Shown in pieces: positions 13,940 through 28,484 of a stretch of 64,000 nucleotides of DNA. Position 1 is the first letter of the stretch. Each line of letters opens with the position of its first letter. Position numbers and translations under genes: made by a program. The stretch spans positions 3,288,001 to 3,352,000 of the forward strand of contig NW_024704742.1 of NCBI RefSeq assembly GCF_018977255.1, written 5' to 3'. Source of the stretch: Callorhinchus milii (taxonomy: Eukaryota). A model generated the notes under the pieces. That model was not told the origin of the DNA. It was given only the letters and a program-made list of their open reading frames with translations, and searched no databases.

Positions 13940-14989
13940 ACTGCATGTAAGCGCGTGCGTGCAGAGGAAAGTGACTTGCCTCATCAGGTTTGAAAAATAT
14001 GATTTAAACTGCGCTGACAATAGATTATACAGCAGTTCACAGGATATTACAGCGTATAATCTACAATGGGTTATACAGCAGTTCCCTGTGAATATTCCAA
14101 TGTAGTATCAGTGATCAAAATTTATACCAAGATTCCCAAGCCACTGCCCAAAACTGTAGTCATCCTCACAGCCCAAGAGCATTGATGTCCAGCACTCCAC
14201 ATGCCTTTTGGTCATACGTGTGTGACCAATGGGACCCATTGCAATTTGGAAGATGGCCGGCTTAGTAACGGCCAATCATGATGGACCTTTTTGAAGTCGT
14301 TTGCAGATGCGAATGATTCAAGACATAAGGAGCGGTGTGGATTGGAATTTGAATGCCACTCTTGGTGCTGGAGGAGAGCTAAAATTGTTAACTGTGGTGT
14401 ATTTGTATTGTCAGTGATGTGCTGAATGATTTATGAACTCCCAGAATTTCATTTTACCGTTGTTCAGTCGTGATTGCAAACAAGCATTTTCTCCTACACA
14501 CTGCTGGATCGCTTCACATGTCTTTTTAAGTGGCACCCATCACTGCAGATTGATATTTTGTACTTAGGCCCTAACGTGATTGATTGACATCCGTAAATGC
14601 AGAGGACATGCAGATAAAATATTGTTTGCAAATGAGATCTCTCCAGGATACCTAACTCAGTTTTCGAATAAACTGAGCCTTTTGGAGTATTGAATCGAAT
14701 CACTGGTGTTGCTGTCGACAGCGTCTGCAGTTTAACAATGAATTTTGAACATCAGTTGTGAAACTTGTTAAATGTGAGCTTTTACTCCGTAGTATCTTGC
14801 TTGACTCCTCATATAGTATTGCTTCGTGGGTCAGTTGCATGGCGAGTGGCTGATTGTGGCCATTAACACACCGATCAGTGCATCTGGTGAGGCTTAGGGC
14901 AGACCCTGCAAGGCTGGTAAGGAGAGAAGCACACCCTTGACTTCATGATACTTGCCGTAACATTGTAAGCAATGCGAGCTTGCCCCAAT

Positions 14990-15470
14990 GCCAGCTTTGG
15001 CTCAGTTGGTAGCACTCTTGCCTCTGAGCCAGAAGGTTGTGGGTTCAAGCCTCATGTTGGAATTTTGCACCCAAATGGCTCAGCTGACACTCCAATGCAG
15101 TGCTGGAGCTGCCGTGCTTCGGATGAGATGTTAACCCGAGGTCCCATCCGATTTTTCATGTTAAGATGTTAAGGATCCCATGACAACAACAACTTGCATG
15201 TATATAGCGCCCTTCACAAGAGGGTGGTGTTTCCGAGTGCTTATACGACACTATTCAAAAAAGAGAAAGGAGTTTCTCTCTGTGTTCTGACCAACAATCG
15301 CTCAAGTAAAATTGATCATGTTTTTCATGACTGATGTGGGGACGTTACTGCATGCAAATTCGCTGCCTCTTTCTTCTAAAAAGAATCATTACACTTCGCA
15401 GTAAATCCTTTGAAGCGCTGGAGACGTCCTCCCAGTGTGAAAGATGCTATATCAAATGTAAGGATTATTG
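14990..15470 (+). mobile_element. Full-length tRNA-derived Deu-type SINE (family A) with an internal inverted L2-type tail insert
   Basis: Head ggctcagttggtagcactcttgcctctgagccagaaggttgtgggttcaagc with A/B boxes, Deu-like body (gatgttaaggatcccatg...), tail gctatatcaaatgtaaggattatt. Confidence 0.8.
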
Positions 15471-17649
15471 TAGTTTAGCACTGAAATGTGTGGTGGACTG
15501 AGTCAGATGGTGAGTTTCATTCAGCAGAGTTCTCGGTGAATCACAATCCTTCTTTATGACCTAACGGCATAACCTAGGGATTTCTAGCCATTATTTACAG
15601 TGTTTAGAAAGTTATTATTGAAAGTCCCAGCTCTCGGTTTCATTAATGATTTGCTCATTATTGTTAAAGATGCAAAGTGTTTGTCTCTCTGGTGTGGGAG
15701 TAGAATATAATACTTCAGCTGTTAGTGAGAAACTATATACTATCGTGGAACCCCGTCACTGGCTGATGGTGACAGACTTCAGGAAATACGTCCCCTGATA
15801 ATTAGCCAGAAAAAATGCAGGTGACAAAGAGTCAAGGAATGGTTGTCATATTAGTTGAACACAATGCCTTTTTATCTCTAAGACTCAGGTCTGATCCTGT
15901 CTGTTTGCTATAAAATTTCTATGTGAAACGAATCTCATTTTCGTTGCACAAAGCTGCCTCGCGCAAACGCCTTTCCAAGCCGCACCTCTGGACCCTGACG
16001 CATTCAGCTTTCTCTCACCTCTGCAGCTGTGTCACTAACGCTCTCTTTGTCCGATTTTCTCCCTGTTTCTAAACCCTCCCTGTGACAAATTGTTAAAAGC
16101 TTAAGACGGTGCTCGTCACCTGCCGTGTCGGCTGGCTCGGGCCTTCTGCACGTCCCCTGACTCTCTTCCTGCCTCTGCTTCACCATCGCAGGCCGTGCCT
16201 TCAGTCACAACCCCCTGACCTTCTGTCACTCACACCTTCCACCCCTCAGGATGAGAGCTGCTGTGGATAGTTGCCATGAGAATATGCAGCATGCTACTGT
16301 ACCTGAAGCCTGAATTATGGTCTCAACATCAGTGAGACAATGAACAGGAGCCTTTAGCCATATAATAATAATAATGATAATAATAATTTAGCCATATCAT
16401 GGAAGCATAGAAATTTGCAACACAGAAGGAGGCTCTCCAGCCCATCCATTCTGCACCGGCTCTCAAAGCCAACTGTGTTTTTAAATCACTTCCTCGCCTT
16501 ATCACAATGCCTCTTCTCGCCTCTACCTTTCATATACCTGTCTACTCCCCTCTTGAAGCTCACACGGCACTCTGCCTCTACCACCTTACTTGGTCGGACA
16601 TTCCACATCCCAACAACTCGAGTAAAACAATTTGTAGCTCATCTTATCTTGATTTCTGAAAGGACAATCTTTTCGTTACATCTTTAGAATGGAATGAAGG
16701 CTTTGTGGAAAGAGTGACCCCTGTTGTTGCTTCTCTTTTCCAACGGTGCCACTGGATCTTTAATGTCCACCTGAACAGATAAGACGGTACCTTGGTATAA
16801 TGTATCACGAAAGGGCAGAGTCTTGAACATGTGCGCAATTGGCCGCCGCGTTTCGCCCACAAAATATACATTCAATTCACTTTACAGTATATTCTGTGAA
16901 GCGCTTTGAAACGTCTCAAAGATGTAATAAGGCGCTATATCAAATGTAAGGATTATTATAATCCTGAGCTCTGAGTGGCAACAAACACTAAACTTGAGGT
17001 CCTCATTCGCTACCCGATTCAGCACTCCTAAGACCCCAAATCTGCATGAAGAATGCTATATAAATGCGAGTCGTCATTGTTGTTTATGGGGTGAGCTGTG
17101 AGCAAGGTTACGGAAGTTAGCAGTTCACTGCCGTTGACTTACTTTCCTGTGTTTTTTATTCCATTTAGATTTTGTCGACCTGTTTCGAACCATAGGATTT
17201 TAGCAATACTTCCCAACAGAAAAAGTGCACTGGTTCTTCTCCCGCAGAGAGCTGGGCGTGACAGTTTTTTGGGATTCAAATGATTGTGTAGTTAAAGATT
17301 CACTGTAACAGTCAATGGCAATGATGCCCTGAGTTGGGCAATTGGGAAAACAATGGCTAACATCAGTTCTGCTGCTGTATCTGCTCTCATCTCTTCACCG
17401 TGTCTTGTCTTGACCGCTTCGCACAATTTATCACGGCTTGACTGAAGTAGACTTGGGCTTTCTGTGTATTAGTGTGAAATGTCAACTGGAATAAATGAGG
17501 CACCAGAGGACTAGACATCAAAACGAATATGTCTGTCTTTTGATCCTACAAGGCAATAAATCTCGTAGCAACGATTGAAACCGAGTTTGACACTGAACTT
17601 TCCGTAGAAGGGTAGTGTTATTGCAAAGGTAAAGCACCTGACACCAGTT

Positions 17650-17965
17650 GCAGGTTCAAAGCCTGGTCTGTGCTGTGTCTCAGCCGGAACATAAATTGGA
17701 GTCCTGCAATTGGTCTCAGTGCCCCTCTGTTATAGAGGAAAATTAGCCGGGATTCCTGCTCTTGACTGCTGTCCTCAGATACTCTACTGGAAGAAAAGTG
17801 TGTGTGTTTGTGTGTATGTGGACATCCAGTGAGAACAGGATTACATTAGCTGTGATGCCCCAAGCAACGTGGAAATGCTTGACGACACACACTGCCACTC
17901 ACTACCAAGGCTAATTTATAAATGACTTGGGGAGGTAGCGGAGAGCGGAACGATATCCCAGAAAA
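17650..17965 (+). mobile_element. Old tRNA-derived SINE, AmnSINE2-like
   Basis: ggttcaaagcctggtctgtgctg...caattggtctcagtgcccct...aaaattagccgggattcctgctcttga...gtggacatccagtgagaacaggatt...gctgtgatgcccc. Related copies at about 21545-21760 (-), 44690-44835 (-), 50940-51150 (+) and 54370-54570 (-). Family name is from recall. Confidence 0.6.
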
Positions 17966-19051
17966 AAGGATGGGAAGAATTCAAGTGCTTCTTTCAGGAG
18001 GGGAAGGGAAAAATAGGCAAAGGGGAAAAACATAGATCTTCATTCACATTGCTGCGACAAGCAAGAAATCCAAATGAGGATGTCAAGGCCAATTTACAAT
18101 GTAATCTCAATATGATAGCTTTGAACTTTATTTCCAGGTGAATATTTCAATAGGAATGGGGAAGAGGAAGGAAGAACAATCAAGTCCAACTTCCTTGCTG
18201 TCCAATGTCTATATACGTTCACGATTCCAGCAGGTATCACTGGAGGAAGAGAAAAAAGCCCAGGAACCCGGCACGCCTTTGTATTTCTCCATCCTCTTCC
18301 CCATAGCCCAATGACACCCAGTAACGCTAGGTTGGGCTTTCAGTGTATCTGCCCACCCCCACCCCCCCCACTCTGGTACTCCATCCTGGGATCCCTAGAA
18401 TTTGCCCCTTCCCTACCACCACACCTCGGCTCCCACCTGCAGCTCGGGTGTAAACCCTGGACTGAGCCATGCGTCGTTCACCAAACGGGAAAGGTGCTGC
18501 GTAAATGTAAATTTATTCTTGTAACATTTCCTTCCCATAGTCAGAAAAAAAAAGGTCATGGATTTGATTCTTATTCCAGTTAATTACCCGGCTCACGTGA
18601 GCTTCACCGTTTATAATAATAACAATATTTTTATAATATAACATAGTATACCATTCACATTGCGAGGATGTCTCAATGTGTATCACAGGATCCACTGTAA
18701 ACAACAACAACAACAACAAAGCGACATTTGTATCGCGCCTTTCACGTCAGGAGGACGTCCCAGAGCGCTGGACAGACAGAGTTTCGGACCCGAGCTGGGG
18801 GTTGAGGTCGGGGAGTGTGGAAGGCCGGGGAGCTGGTGGGGGGCGGGGGGAAGCAGGGCGATCGTAAAGTGTTGTGACTGTAGTTTTGTAGGAATATGTG
18901 TGATAAGGTGCAGTGTAAGTGCAGGTTCCTTTTTTTCCTCATTCAACTTGTAACGTACATTCTGAAATGTGACGATTATCGCGTGAAATGTGTGGATAAT
19001 CGCGTTGGCCGCTTTTTGTTGACTCCCGGCTTCCTCTGTTTTCGTCTGCAG

Positions 19052-19273
19052 AGGACGACCTCTTCGGGGAGCTTCCCGAAATCTTCCCCTCCGACCCTCC
19101 CGAGCCCCTGCCATATTTCCTGAATGAGCCTGAAGACGCCTACATTGTGAAGAACAAGCCAGTGAACCTCTACTGCAGAGCTTCCCCTGCTACCCAGATC
19201 TACTTCAAGTGTAACAGCGAATGGGTTCATCAGAAGGAGCACGTGACAGAAGAGCATATCGATGAAAACACTG
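19052..19273 (+). CDS. UNC5C: UNC5C exon 2 (222 nt), N-terminal half of Ig1
   Basis: Acceptor ttttcgtctgcag|, donor |gtgagt. Translates (E)[73 protein letters not shown](G). Confidence 0.97.
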
Positions 19274-22200
19274 GTGAGTGTCGAATAATACCCTGGTCCT
19301 TTTATCATCGTTAATGCTTCTACTCTGTTCAACAGGCTGTCCGGTGGTGTGGTGCCACCGTTAGACCTGCACTAATGGTGAAAGACTTCCGAGCGAAAGA
19401 TGCTCCCTAGACTGGTGAAAAAGGGGGCAAATTAACAGGACGCTTCATTTTCATGAGGAGAAAGCAAACTACAAAACCTGTACCTGATAATAATTGGAGT
19501 GGGTCCGTGAGTTTGTGTCTCTGGAGATATGGGGGTGGAGGGAGCGGTTCAGGGTAATATTGGAGATGAGTCTGTGGTCATTTTTGTTGGGTGAGTCAGG
19601 TGTCTTGATACTTAAGGAAACCTGTCACTACATTGGTAATAATCAGGTTGAGGAGATAAAATGCAATCTTACAAAAATGCTATTATTGTAGGTGGAGATA
19701 GGGTTTAGCATTTTAAAGAGAAAATCGCTGACGAGCTTCCCTTCCCTTTTCGTTGTTTGGACACTCAAATTCTGCGTCCGTCCGTTGTCTTCTCTCATCA
19801 TCAATGTCGCTGCACCTCAAGCTGTATCTTGTTGACTTTCTGCTTTCCAAATTAGAAATGTGTGAGAGTTTTCATCCATTGAAAGCCTAGATTTTGTTTC
19901 CTCTAACCACAGAGATCTCCAGACAGATCACTGACATGATGTGGTCAGAAATAATGCCAGACATGTTGGGTGTCATCTGCATTAGATAGATAGATCCTCA
20001 CGGTCAGAAAGGAAAGTGTGAGATAGGCTGTGAGCGGAATGGGGTCGTCTGGGAGTGAATAGCATAGAATTTGTACAGAGAATCTTTAAATTTCATGTCC
20101 ACCAAATAGACGGATTATTATTATTATTATTTATACCTCAATGCGGCCGTTTGCTTTGTTACACGTCTCAGTGAAAGGAAAAGAGTTCTGAAGGATCGGA
20201 CCTTGACGAATATATCAGGTTTCATCAAAATCTAAAAGAGACTCTTATACACATTGCTCGATGGAGCAGCATTAGGATTAGCAAAACAAGGATGAATTCT
20301 TACAGTTTCACTCTTGCTGCCTTTTAAATATTGGTTATTCAACACAGAAAGTGTCCTCCCAGCATCTATTCAGAGAGCGCTAATCTGAACCACTTGCCGT
20401 CATCAGCTATATTCTCTCTTGTCACAAGTAGTTGGCGGTCTCTAATTGCTTTTCAGGACTAAATCCATACCAGTTCGAGAAAAACATTTGCAGCACCAGT
20501 AGTCGCAGTTCTCGGGCACAGTTCTGTTACTAAGAGGTCAATACGTTCAACGTGTTTATTTGTAGTGGGTGGATATTGTTTCGGGTGGGGGTGGGGGAGT
20601 TTATTCAGTCAAAGTAAACAGGAATACCAAGCTTCCTTTTTAAATGTTATTTACTCTCTCCCCTTCTCCTGTCTTGAGTTCCCTTACACCACCAGCTTAA
20701 TAATAATAATAATAAGCATTGCAATTTCGATATAGTGCGTAGTTGAAACATCTCAAAGTGCTTCACAGGATATACTGTAAACAACAACGACGACAACTAC
20801 TTGCATTTATATAGCGCCCTTCGCTCAGAGCAGTGTCTCAGAGCGCTTAACAGTGGCGGAGCCCGGGGAGGGAGGAGGTGACCATAAGCACGGTCGAAGA
20901 GGAAGTTCTTCAGATCTAAATAAGGGGAAAGAGGGGAAGGTAGATTGACTGTGTGTTTTGTGGGCAAAACAGCTGGATGGGTACGCTGTTGTGTTCTTGC
21001 AGCTGGGAAACTTATCAATGGGAGGAGAGTGGCCCTAGCTGGGTTTCCTCCGCTACCTCAAACGCAAGGATTATTATTACCTGCGAGAAAAGGTCTGACC
21101 TCTGCTCAGCTTCTCACCGCAGCAACCAGAACTGAGCGTAGAAAGAATTAAGAGCTCAGGCCCTTACATAAGCCTTATCATTGCACAGCGCAGAACCTCT
21201 GCAGCAGGTTTAAAGTCTCAGCCAGGGCTCAATCGGATCTTAAACATTGCTCCACATTCTCTCTGGAGCTTGTCTTCACCAAACAATCATTATGTTATCC
21301 ACCGCGAACTTCTTTTCTTAACATTTCTAATTCTTGCCTTTTTTCTTCGTTGCTTTAACCTGCGTGAAGCTGAAAAAGTTAAGTATGGGCACGTTAAAGT
21401 CATTTCTCACAAAATAGGAGCGTTTTACGCCCCTCGGGAGTATGGCGTCGCAAATGCCTTACAGCACCTTCTTCGAGTGTGTTATTTAGGTGTGTGATAG
21501 TGAGTGCTATTAGGCTATTTAATTGCAGGAGTTGGGCCAAACAGCAGAGACCATTCCTGGTCAAGCCATCACCTGATGTAAATGCGAATAGCAGGAGTCA
21601 ATGGACACTTCTGTTTTGTTCCTCTCTAACTTAAGGCCTTGAGACCAAATCTATTGCCACTAATGCACCTCTGGGTGAGTTCAACCGACTCTGCACAGAA
21701 CAGGTTTCAAACCTGAGGCCTTCCACATCTATAATGACTGAATAACCTCAGTGAGCCAAATAAGGAGCGCTTAATCAGCACTCCACCTAACCGCGAAATG
21801 TTGGCCCAGTGGAGGCGCTGAATAAAAAGTGGGCAGTAAAAGTTTTATTCTCCTGCAAGGCCATCTTTTACTTTAACGAGCACCAGAAGGGAGCAGCTTT
21901 AACCGTGCAGGAAGGAAACTTCCAGAATTATCACAAGGGGGATACGGTACAATCTGTTCACGTGACATGGTTAAACAATGCTCATTTTCCAGTTAAAATA
22001 TTTCGGGGGTTTTCAGTCTTTTTCTCATGTCTGTTACGTGTATCGGAGAGCTTCCTCGATTACTTCAACCCCCCACATGCGTTCCAATTCCCTCCACTCC
22101 GCCAACTCAGATCTGCTGCACGTCTCCTGCCCCCTCCGCTTCACTATTGGGGGCCGAGGTTTCGGCTCCTGTGTCCCTCACCTTAGAACTGCCTCTCAAA

Positions 22201-24654
22201 ATCCTCCTCGCTCACCCGCACACCCATTTGTTTCAAAATCCTTCCCAAAACTTATCTCTCTCCTGCCCTCCAATGCCTCTCTCCTATATCCCCCTATTTC
22301 CCGTCTTGCCTGGGTTTTCACAGCATCTCTGTGAAGTGCTTCGAGACCCTATCCCGTGTCTCAAAAGTACAATGCAAATACAAATTACATTCGTGTAGCG
22401 AGCTGGCAAAGTGCAGGTGGGCGTTGTAGTCAAGAGAAACTTTGTCATTGGTTGACGAAGATACGTGGCAATGTCAACCCTTGTCGGGTTCTGTTAATGA
22501 TTAATGTGGGGTGTGTGTGGGCGCGGGGGTGGGGGGGGGAGCAGAACAGTGGTGTAGGGAAGTTCACAGAGAAAGACCAGCAGTGCCAAGCTCTTTGAGA
22601 CGTTTTCCTGGGGTGAACGGCACAATGTAAGTTGTACTGTATAGGAAGGTGATGGAGGACGAGGACCTTGAGATCATTCTGTTGACAGCCGCAACCGCTG
22701 ATCAGTTCCACATTTCGTCAAGCTCTTGAGAGGTACTCAGCAGTTTCTTTTACCACGTTCGCTCACGGCCTGGCTGAGACCTAGAGCTCACCGGGTGAGA
22801 TCTTTCCGGAGCAAGCTTGCATCCTGCTATAATATGCTGGAGCCAGACACGCGCTGCCTGGCGCTAGTCAGAGGTGAGAACAACACGCCGACATTTTTTC
22901 TTTGGTCAGCCGCATGTCCGTCTGGCACGTGCGGAACCCCATCGCCTGACTTAAGAGTATCCAAACCAACTGAGAGTTTCACATGTAAATGCCCCGACAC
23001 ATGGAAATGTCCCTGCGTCTAGAATGGATTGCACGCTCCCTCCCTGGATGGACACACCCTGTTTACTGAATTCTCGGGAGCGTTGGGTGCAAGTTGGAAA
23101 CCGTCAAGACTTGGACTGTCTCGGAGTGTGTTGGGGACAGCTGGAGCTTAACTAATTGAAACACTGCTGCTTGTCAAGCTAGGACCACCCTACTTTTGAA
23201 GGCTTTGGTGTGTGGGTTTAACTGGAGCTGAGCGGGAAAAATCCCCGCTCCCAGTGACTGATCTGCCCTACCAACTTCTGCCGATGAACCAGGCTGACTG
23301 GGCTGTGATCAGCCACGCCTAAAACACTGAGATTTAACAAGTAGCTCGACATTAATGAGATTTCCCCATTAAAAAGACAGAAAACAAGTAGGTTGCTGCG
23401 TTTAGTGATCAGCATTATATAGGACCCGATGTCTCAGATATACCCTCAGGTTGCTAAATAAATAGTTCCATCAATATTGTTTGTTTTGCTGTAACTGTGC
23501 TTCTCCTGCCGCCACCACCTGCCCTGCAAACTAAACTACTGTCACTTGGTATCCAAGCGAGTTGACGTGTTTTGGTTAGTTCACCAGGTTGGAATTATTA
23601 CGAATAAAAAGGAAAAAATAGTATTTACATGTTATTGTTCGGTGTGCTACCTGCAAGGATGAACCAAGTGAGCTTGTTTGGTACAGAAGCTTGCCCCACG
23701 TCTTTCCACTTCCTTTATGATGCTTCGTAATAGTCGTGTGCCAGAAGATTTGTATTTGCGTTCGAAAAGCCTTGGAATCATATGAATCAGACCTACTTTA
23801 AAAGCACCATTTCAGCTATTAACAAATGCTGCTAGTCTTCGAGATGTCAGTCCTACTATATATGTACATGAATCTGACTATGTAGAGTGTGTCAGTGCGA
23901 CTGCATATTTCACCAGCGGGAAGGATGTTGTGTGGCTAAATTTGATGTATCTATGAAACTAGATATTGTATAACTGTATGACTACAAAACAGAATGCAAC
24001 TGGCTGTTTAGCCCTTATGTCTTTGTGTGTGTGCGTTAGTGCATCTGTCTCTTTGTATGTGTGGTGCGTCAGTCGGACTCTAGATTACATTCGTAAAGTG
24101 TATTGTATCTGGTTGTTTCTGACTATTATATTATTGTTTTAAGTTGATCCTTCTACCTATAAAGTGAGCATGACTGACTGATGTTGCGTTGTCTTCTTAT
24201 GCAGTGTACCTGATTACTTTAGCACAACTGTAAAGTGCTATTGATTGGATAGCGTTGCTACTTTTACACATTTATCCCAAACTGTTAAAAGGTGCCTTAT
24301 CACGTGGGCAAAAAAAACAAAGGATAATTTATCATTTTCAACTCGTCCAAATACTCAGAAGCGTGTTGTTATGAAAGGAGGGGAGAGGAGGGATTTAGAG
24401 GGGAGAGTGTGCGATAAACAAACAGGAATTTTTTTTTAAAAAAATCTGGGAAGGATTTTCTGATTTGCAATTCAAAAAAACAAAACAATTAATATGTAAT
24501 GAGAAGCCATAGGCATTTTTCTGACAGTTGGGTGGGTCATGCGAGAATAAATAGGAAATGTTGAGCGTACTCAAAACGAACCTAGAAAATCTGTTTACCA
24601 GAATAAACGTGCACATTCCACCAACCTGGATTCGTTGCAGCTTTAATGTCTGTC

Positions 24655-25010
24655 TGGCTCAGTCAGAATACTCTCACCGAGGGGTTGTTTGAAGGTTGTC
24701 GGTTCCAACCCTTCAAGACTCGAATTCACAGTCCAGGTTGACATTCCAGTTCGCAGGTTTGGGAGCATTGCCTTCAGACGAGGTGGTAAATGAAAGTCCT
24801 GTCTGTGTGACCCTCCGGTAGATGTTAAAGGTCGACTCGCACTTTTGGAGAAGAGAAAGGAGTTTCTCCCAGTTTCCTGGCCAGCAGTGCTCCAGTTGAA
24901 TTGGGATTCACTTCAAGGCTAATTGTGGGACTTTTCTATGTGCACGTTGGCTATCAAATTGGAACCTTTCCACATTATAGGAGCTAAACCAAATGCAAGG
25001 ATTTATTATT
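24655..25010 (+). mobile_element. Diverged family A SINE
   Basis: tggctcagtcag head, gtagatgttaaagg body, aaatgcaaggattt tail. Confidence 0.65.
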
Positions 25011-25257
25011 TATAATTTGATCTAATGTATATAATAATAATAATAATAATCATTGCATTTGATATAGTTCCTTATCATGTCTTCGAGACGTCTCAAAGCG
25101 CTTCACAGAATATACTGTAAAGCGAATTGACTGTATATTTTGTGGGCGAAACTGTATAAGATGTAAAACTCTCATTGTCTTGGTCAAATCACAATTTCTG
25201 TACTTCTTCCAACTAAAGCAACTCCATTCACAACATGCCCTGTGGCTGATAGAGAGT

Positions 25258-25590
25258 GACAACAACAACAACAACAAAATTACATTTGGATCGCGCCTTT
25301 CACGCCAGGAGGATGTCCCAAGGGATCGGAGAGGGTGGAGGGCAGGGAAGGGAAGAAGGGTGACCGGAGGCACTGTCGAAGAGGAGGGTCTTACGACGGA
25401 GTTTGAAGGAGGCAAGGGATGGGGCGAGGCGGAGGGATTACGGGATGAAGTTCCAGAGCGTAGGGGCAGAGTGGCAGAAGCCCCTGCCCGCCAATTTTGG
25501 GGCGGGCGAGGCGGGGGACGTGAAGCAGGCCGGAGCCCACTGAGCGGAGTGAGCGGGCAGGTTAGGAGGGGTTTAGAAGGTCGAGGAGTT
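25258..25590 (-). mobile_element. L2 LINE 3' end; related pieces at about 18700-18860, 22050-22390 (+), 30230-30460, 49555-49885, 54195-54320 and 55270-55500 (+)
   Basis: (AAC)n tail, acatttggatcgcgcctttcacgccaggaggatgtccca, purine-rich 3' UTR. Confidence 0.7.
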
Positions 25591-28484
25591 TAATGATCTG
25601 TGTTAAATCAACGGCTGTAATCTCTCCAAAAACGCTGAGGGTGCTGGAGGGGGAATCATAGGATAAATAAAATCTGCTGAAGAATTCCACCTTCCTGTGG
25701 AACAAACGCACCCTTGAACCCTTTCATGAACCGAATCGAAAGGAAACCAGCAAGCCGAAGATTGTTTTGAAACCTGGATATTTTATTGGTCATTGTTGGT
25801 CAGTTGCAATGTCCGTGAACCTTCTGGGGTGTTATTTGAAGGACTGACCGGTTATTTTCAACACGCACGCACCACAGTTTTAACAGCAGGAGCCAAAGTT
25901 AGCAGTGCTCACGATTCAAGGGGATGGAATTTCAAAAGGGTTGACTTGGTCTTTCGAAGCCTGTGGTAAAAATCCCTGAAATACAATTGGAAACATTCGC
26001 ACAACACCTATCACTTTGTAATCCCATTTCTCTGGGCTGCGTCTCAGTTTCCTGTTTTGCCCAGCAATGATGACAGTGCTTGCTGGGAACTGAGTTGATA
26101 AAGTCACATTAGCTGCCAGGCTAATGCCCTGCTAATCTTCTCTCAGCAACGTCGAACGCAAATGGCTCTGCTGCGAATAATCCCGCAACCCTGGGGAGGC
26201 CTCGCTGTAAAATCCTTTCCCTTTCACTTGTGTAATCTGCTTGAGGTGCAATGTCACATATTCCTTTTCAGCAAGACCGGGTCCTTGTACTTTCAGCGGC
26301 AACAAGGATTCCGTATTTAGACAAAACAAATGCTCGGCTCTGTACAGTTGTGTTACACCAAATGCTCGGACTGTTTTCAAGTCAAATGCTCGTACGACTG
26401 TGAAGGCACAGCTGCGCAAACATTAACTAGAGTGGTTCGAATGGCCTTCGGCCCATTTTATCTCATCCTTCCAGAATTCTCATTGCAAGGTCGAGCTATG
26501 GCTTCAATGAACCCCTGGCTGCCAAGACCTGTTCCTGGCAACCTGTCGTAGCTACTTTTACACCCTGTAAACAAATACTTCCTGGTGGCTGTCCTAAACA
26601 TGCGCTTCACCACACGGAACGTTAAATGTAAGTGTGCGCAGTTTTTTTCCGAGATAGCGGAGTGTCACGTGTGAGTATTTAAGCTGACACTCCAGTATCG
26701 AGCTCACAGTCTAGTTGCTGGTAATGTTTCACATTGTTGGAGGCGCCATCTTTCAGATAAGACATTTATCCGAGGTGCTCTCTTCCTGTTAAGGTGGACA
26801 GTAAAGATCCCATGGGCAGTATATGAAAAGAGAAGAGAGTTTCTCTTTGTGTCCTGACCAACAGTCCTCAATATAAAATGACAGTGTTGCATCAGCATAA
26901 AGGAGAAGCACATACACAGATCAGCACCTGAACCAGTAAGCAGTTTCACAGCAGGAATTAATGTTTACTTTATGATTCCTGTAAACCCTGAACACAATTA
27001 ATATTTGATTGTGTCTATTAAATGGCACATTCCCCACCCCCAAACGTTTAACCTTTTTATAAATAATGGAGGCACTTTAGGTACAGTAAGTCCTTATTGC
27101 AATGATGTTATCCGTAGTTCAGCGATAGCGCAGCAATTATAATTGCAGTAGCTGTAACACGGGCACGGCTTTTTTATTGTAGGCGTAATATCAAAAGGAT
27201 TTAACATAATAAGAGAAGTATTTAAGTATACACCGGCAGCAGAATGGTTCTCAAAGCCACCGCTTTGGGTGACATTTAGAAACTCGCCAACAAAATACCA
27301 ATGAAGGTCACGAGTAGACAGACAATTGCGCCCGGCTTTGTGTATGTTCATGAAAAGCTGTGATGTAAAGGAAAAAGAGAGAAAACACAGATCACACTTA
27401 ATATTCGACGGTCCGACGCAGAATGAAACTTGCTCATTGTCACTGATGCCCTTGATACACAGTACCCAGACAACAAGTGGTCTCAGCATAGAGCAGCCCG
27501 GCAGGGTTTTCGTTGGGCAAAGTGGTATGGCAGTACACGCGCATTATAGTACTGTGCTTTGGTTACGAAGAGAAGATGCCTAGCGGCTTGGATTCCTGGT
27601 TTCCACCCAGGTGGCCAGGTTCAAGGAATCGCATGGGCCAAACCGTTCTCCACCTGAACCAATCTTGTGACGGTCCGACCTCTTACCACGAAAGAAGCAG
27701 ATGACACGGATGCATTCCCGGCTCTGCTGCTGCTCTCTGACACTATGATGCCGGATCCTGAGGTCAAGATTCACATCAAACACAGGCCATGCCCTTCCTT
27801 TTAGTACATGGTACTGAAAAGCTTGCAGCTGCTCGTTTCAAAGAATCATAGCCTGTGTCAAACACACACAGCGTCAGTCTCAGTGGCTTTCCATGACAAA
27901 GCAACAGATCTTCTCTATCTGGACGTTTTGGTGCAGCGCACATTCTCAATGTCGAGTTGTTTGCTTTTTGGTCAGTTGGGTATCGTGATGCGCGTGGAAA
28001 CTCAATACCGTATTTAAGAGTCTCCAAACCACCTGGAGTTCTGTAGCGAATTGGTTAGGAGCGTTGCCCCACAAGCGACAGGAACCCAGGTCCGATTCTC
28101 AGGCAGAGCGAGACGTTAGTCAAGTTTCATAAACTTTTCATGAACCTTAGGCAAATCCTCCGTGTGATTGTGTCTTCGAGACGCCTCAAAGCACTTCACT
28201 TGGAGCCGAGCGCACTGATCAATACCCTACAGGACTCTACGTAGAGCCCCTCGGATGATCATGGAGTAAAAATGTTCCTTTAGCTCGAAGCAACGTTTTT
28301 GAAAGCGGATAACTAGCAACGCATAATATTCAACTAAGTCTCTTCATGTCATAGAAATGTTTTGAGCGCAGGATATGTTTTCCAAGTAAGATTGAGCTGT
28401 TTAAGTAACAGCTTATGCTGTAGTGGGAAGATGTAAGGATGGGTGTTCTGGAAGAATGAGATCAAAGTGATGTTCTCAGTTGTT

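Noticed and set aside
1..19051. Search for UNC5C exon 1 (signal peptide) or a promoter CpG island
   Set aside because: No ATG-initiated signal-peptide exon with a phase-1 donor or CpG island was recognised; exon 1 is probably upstream of the window.
24170..24240. Branch-point-like ctgac plus pyrimidine tract and tgcag, a possible micro-exon in intron 2
   Set aside because: No good frame-preserving donor follows (gtacct is weak; gtaaag gives 25 nt).
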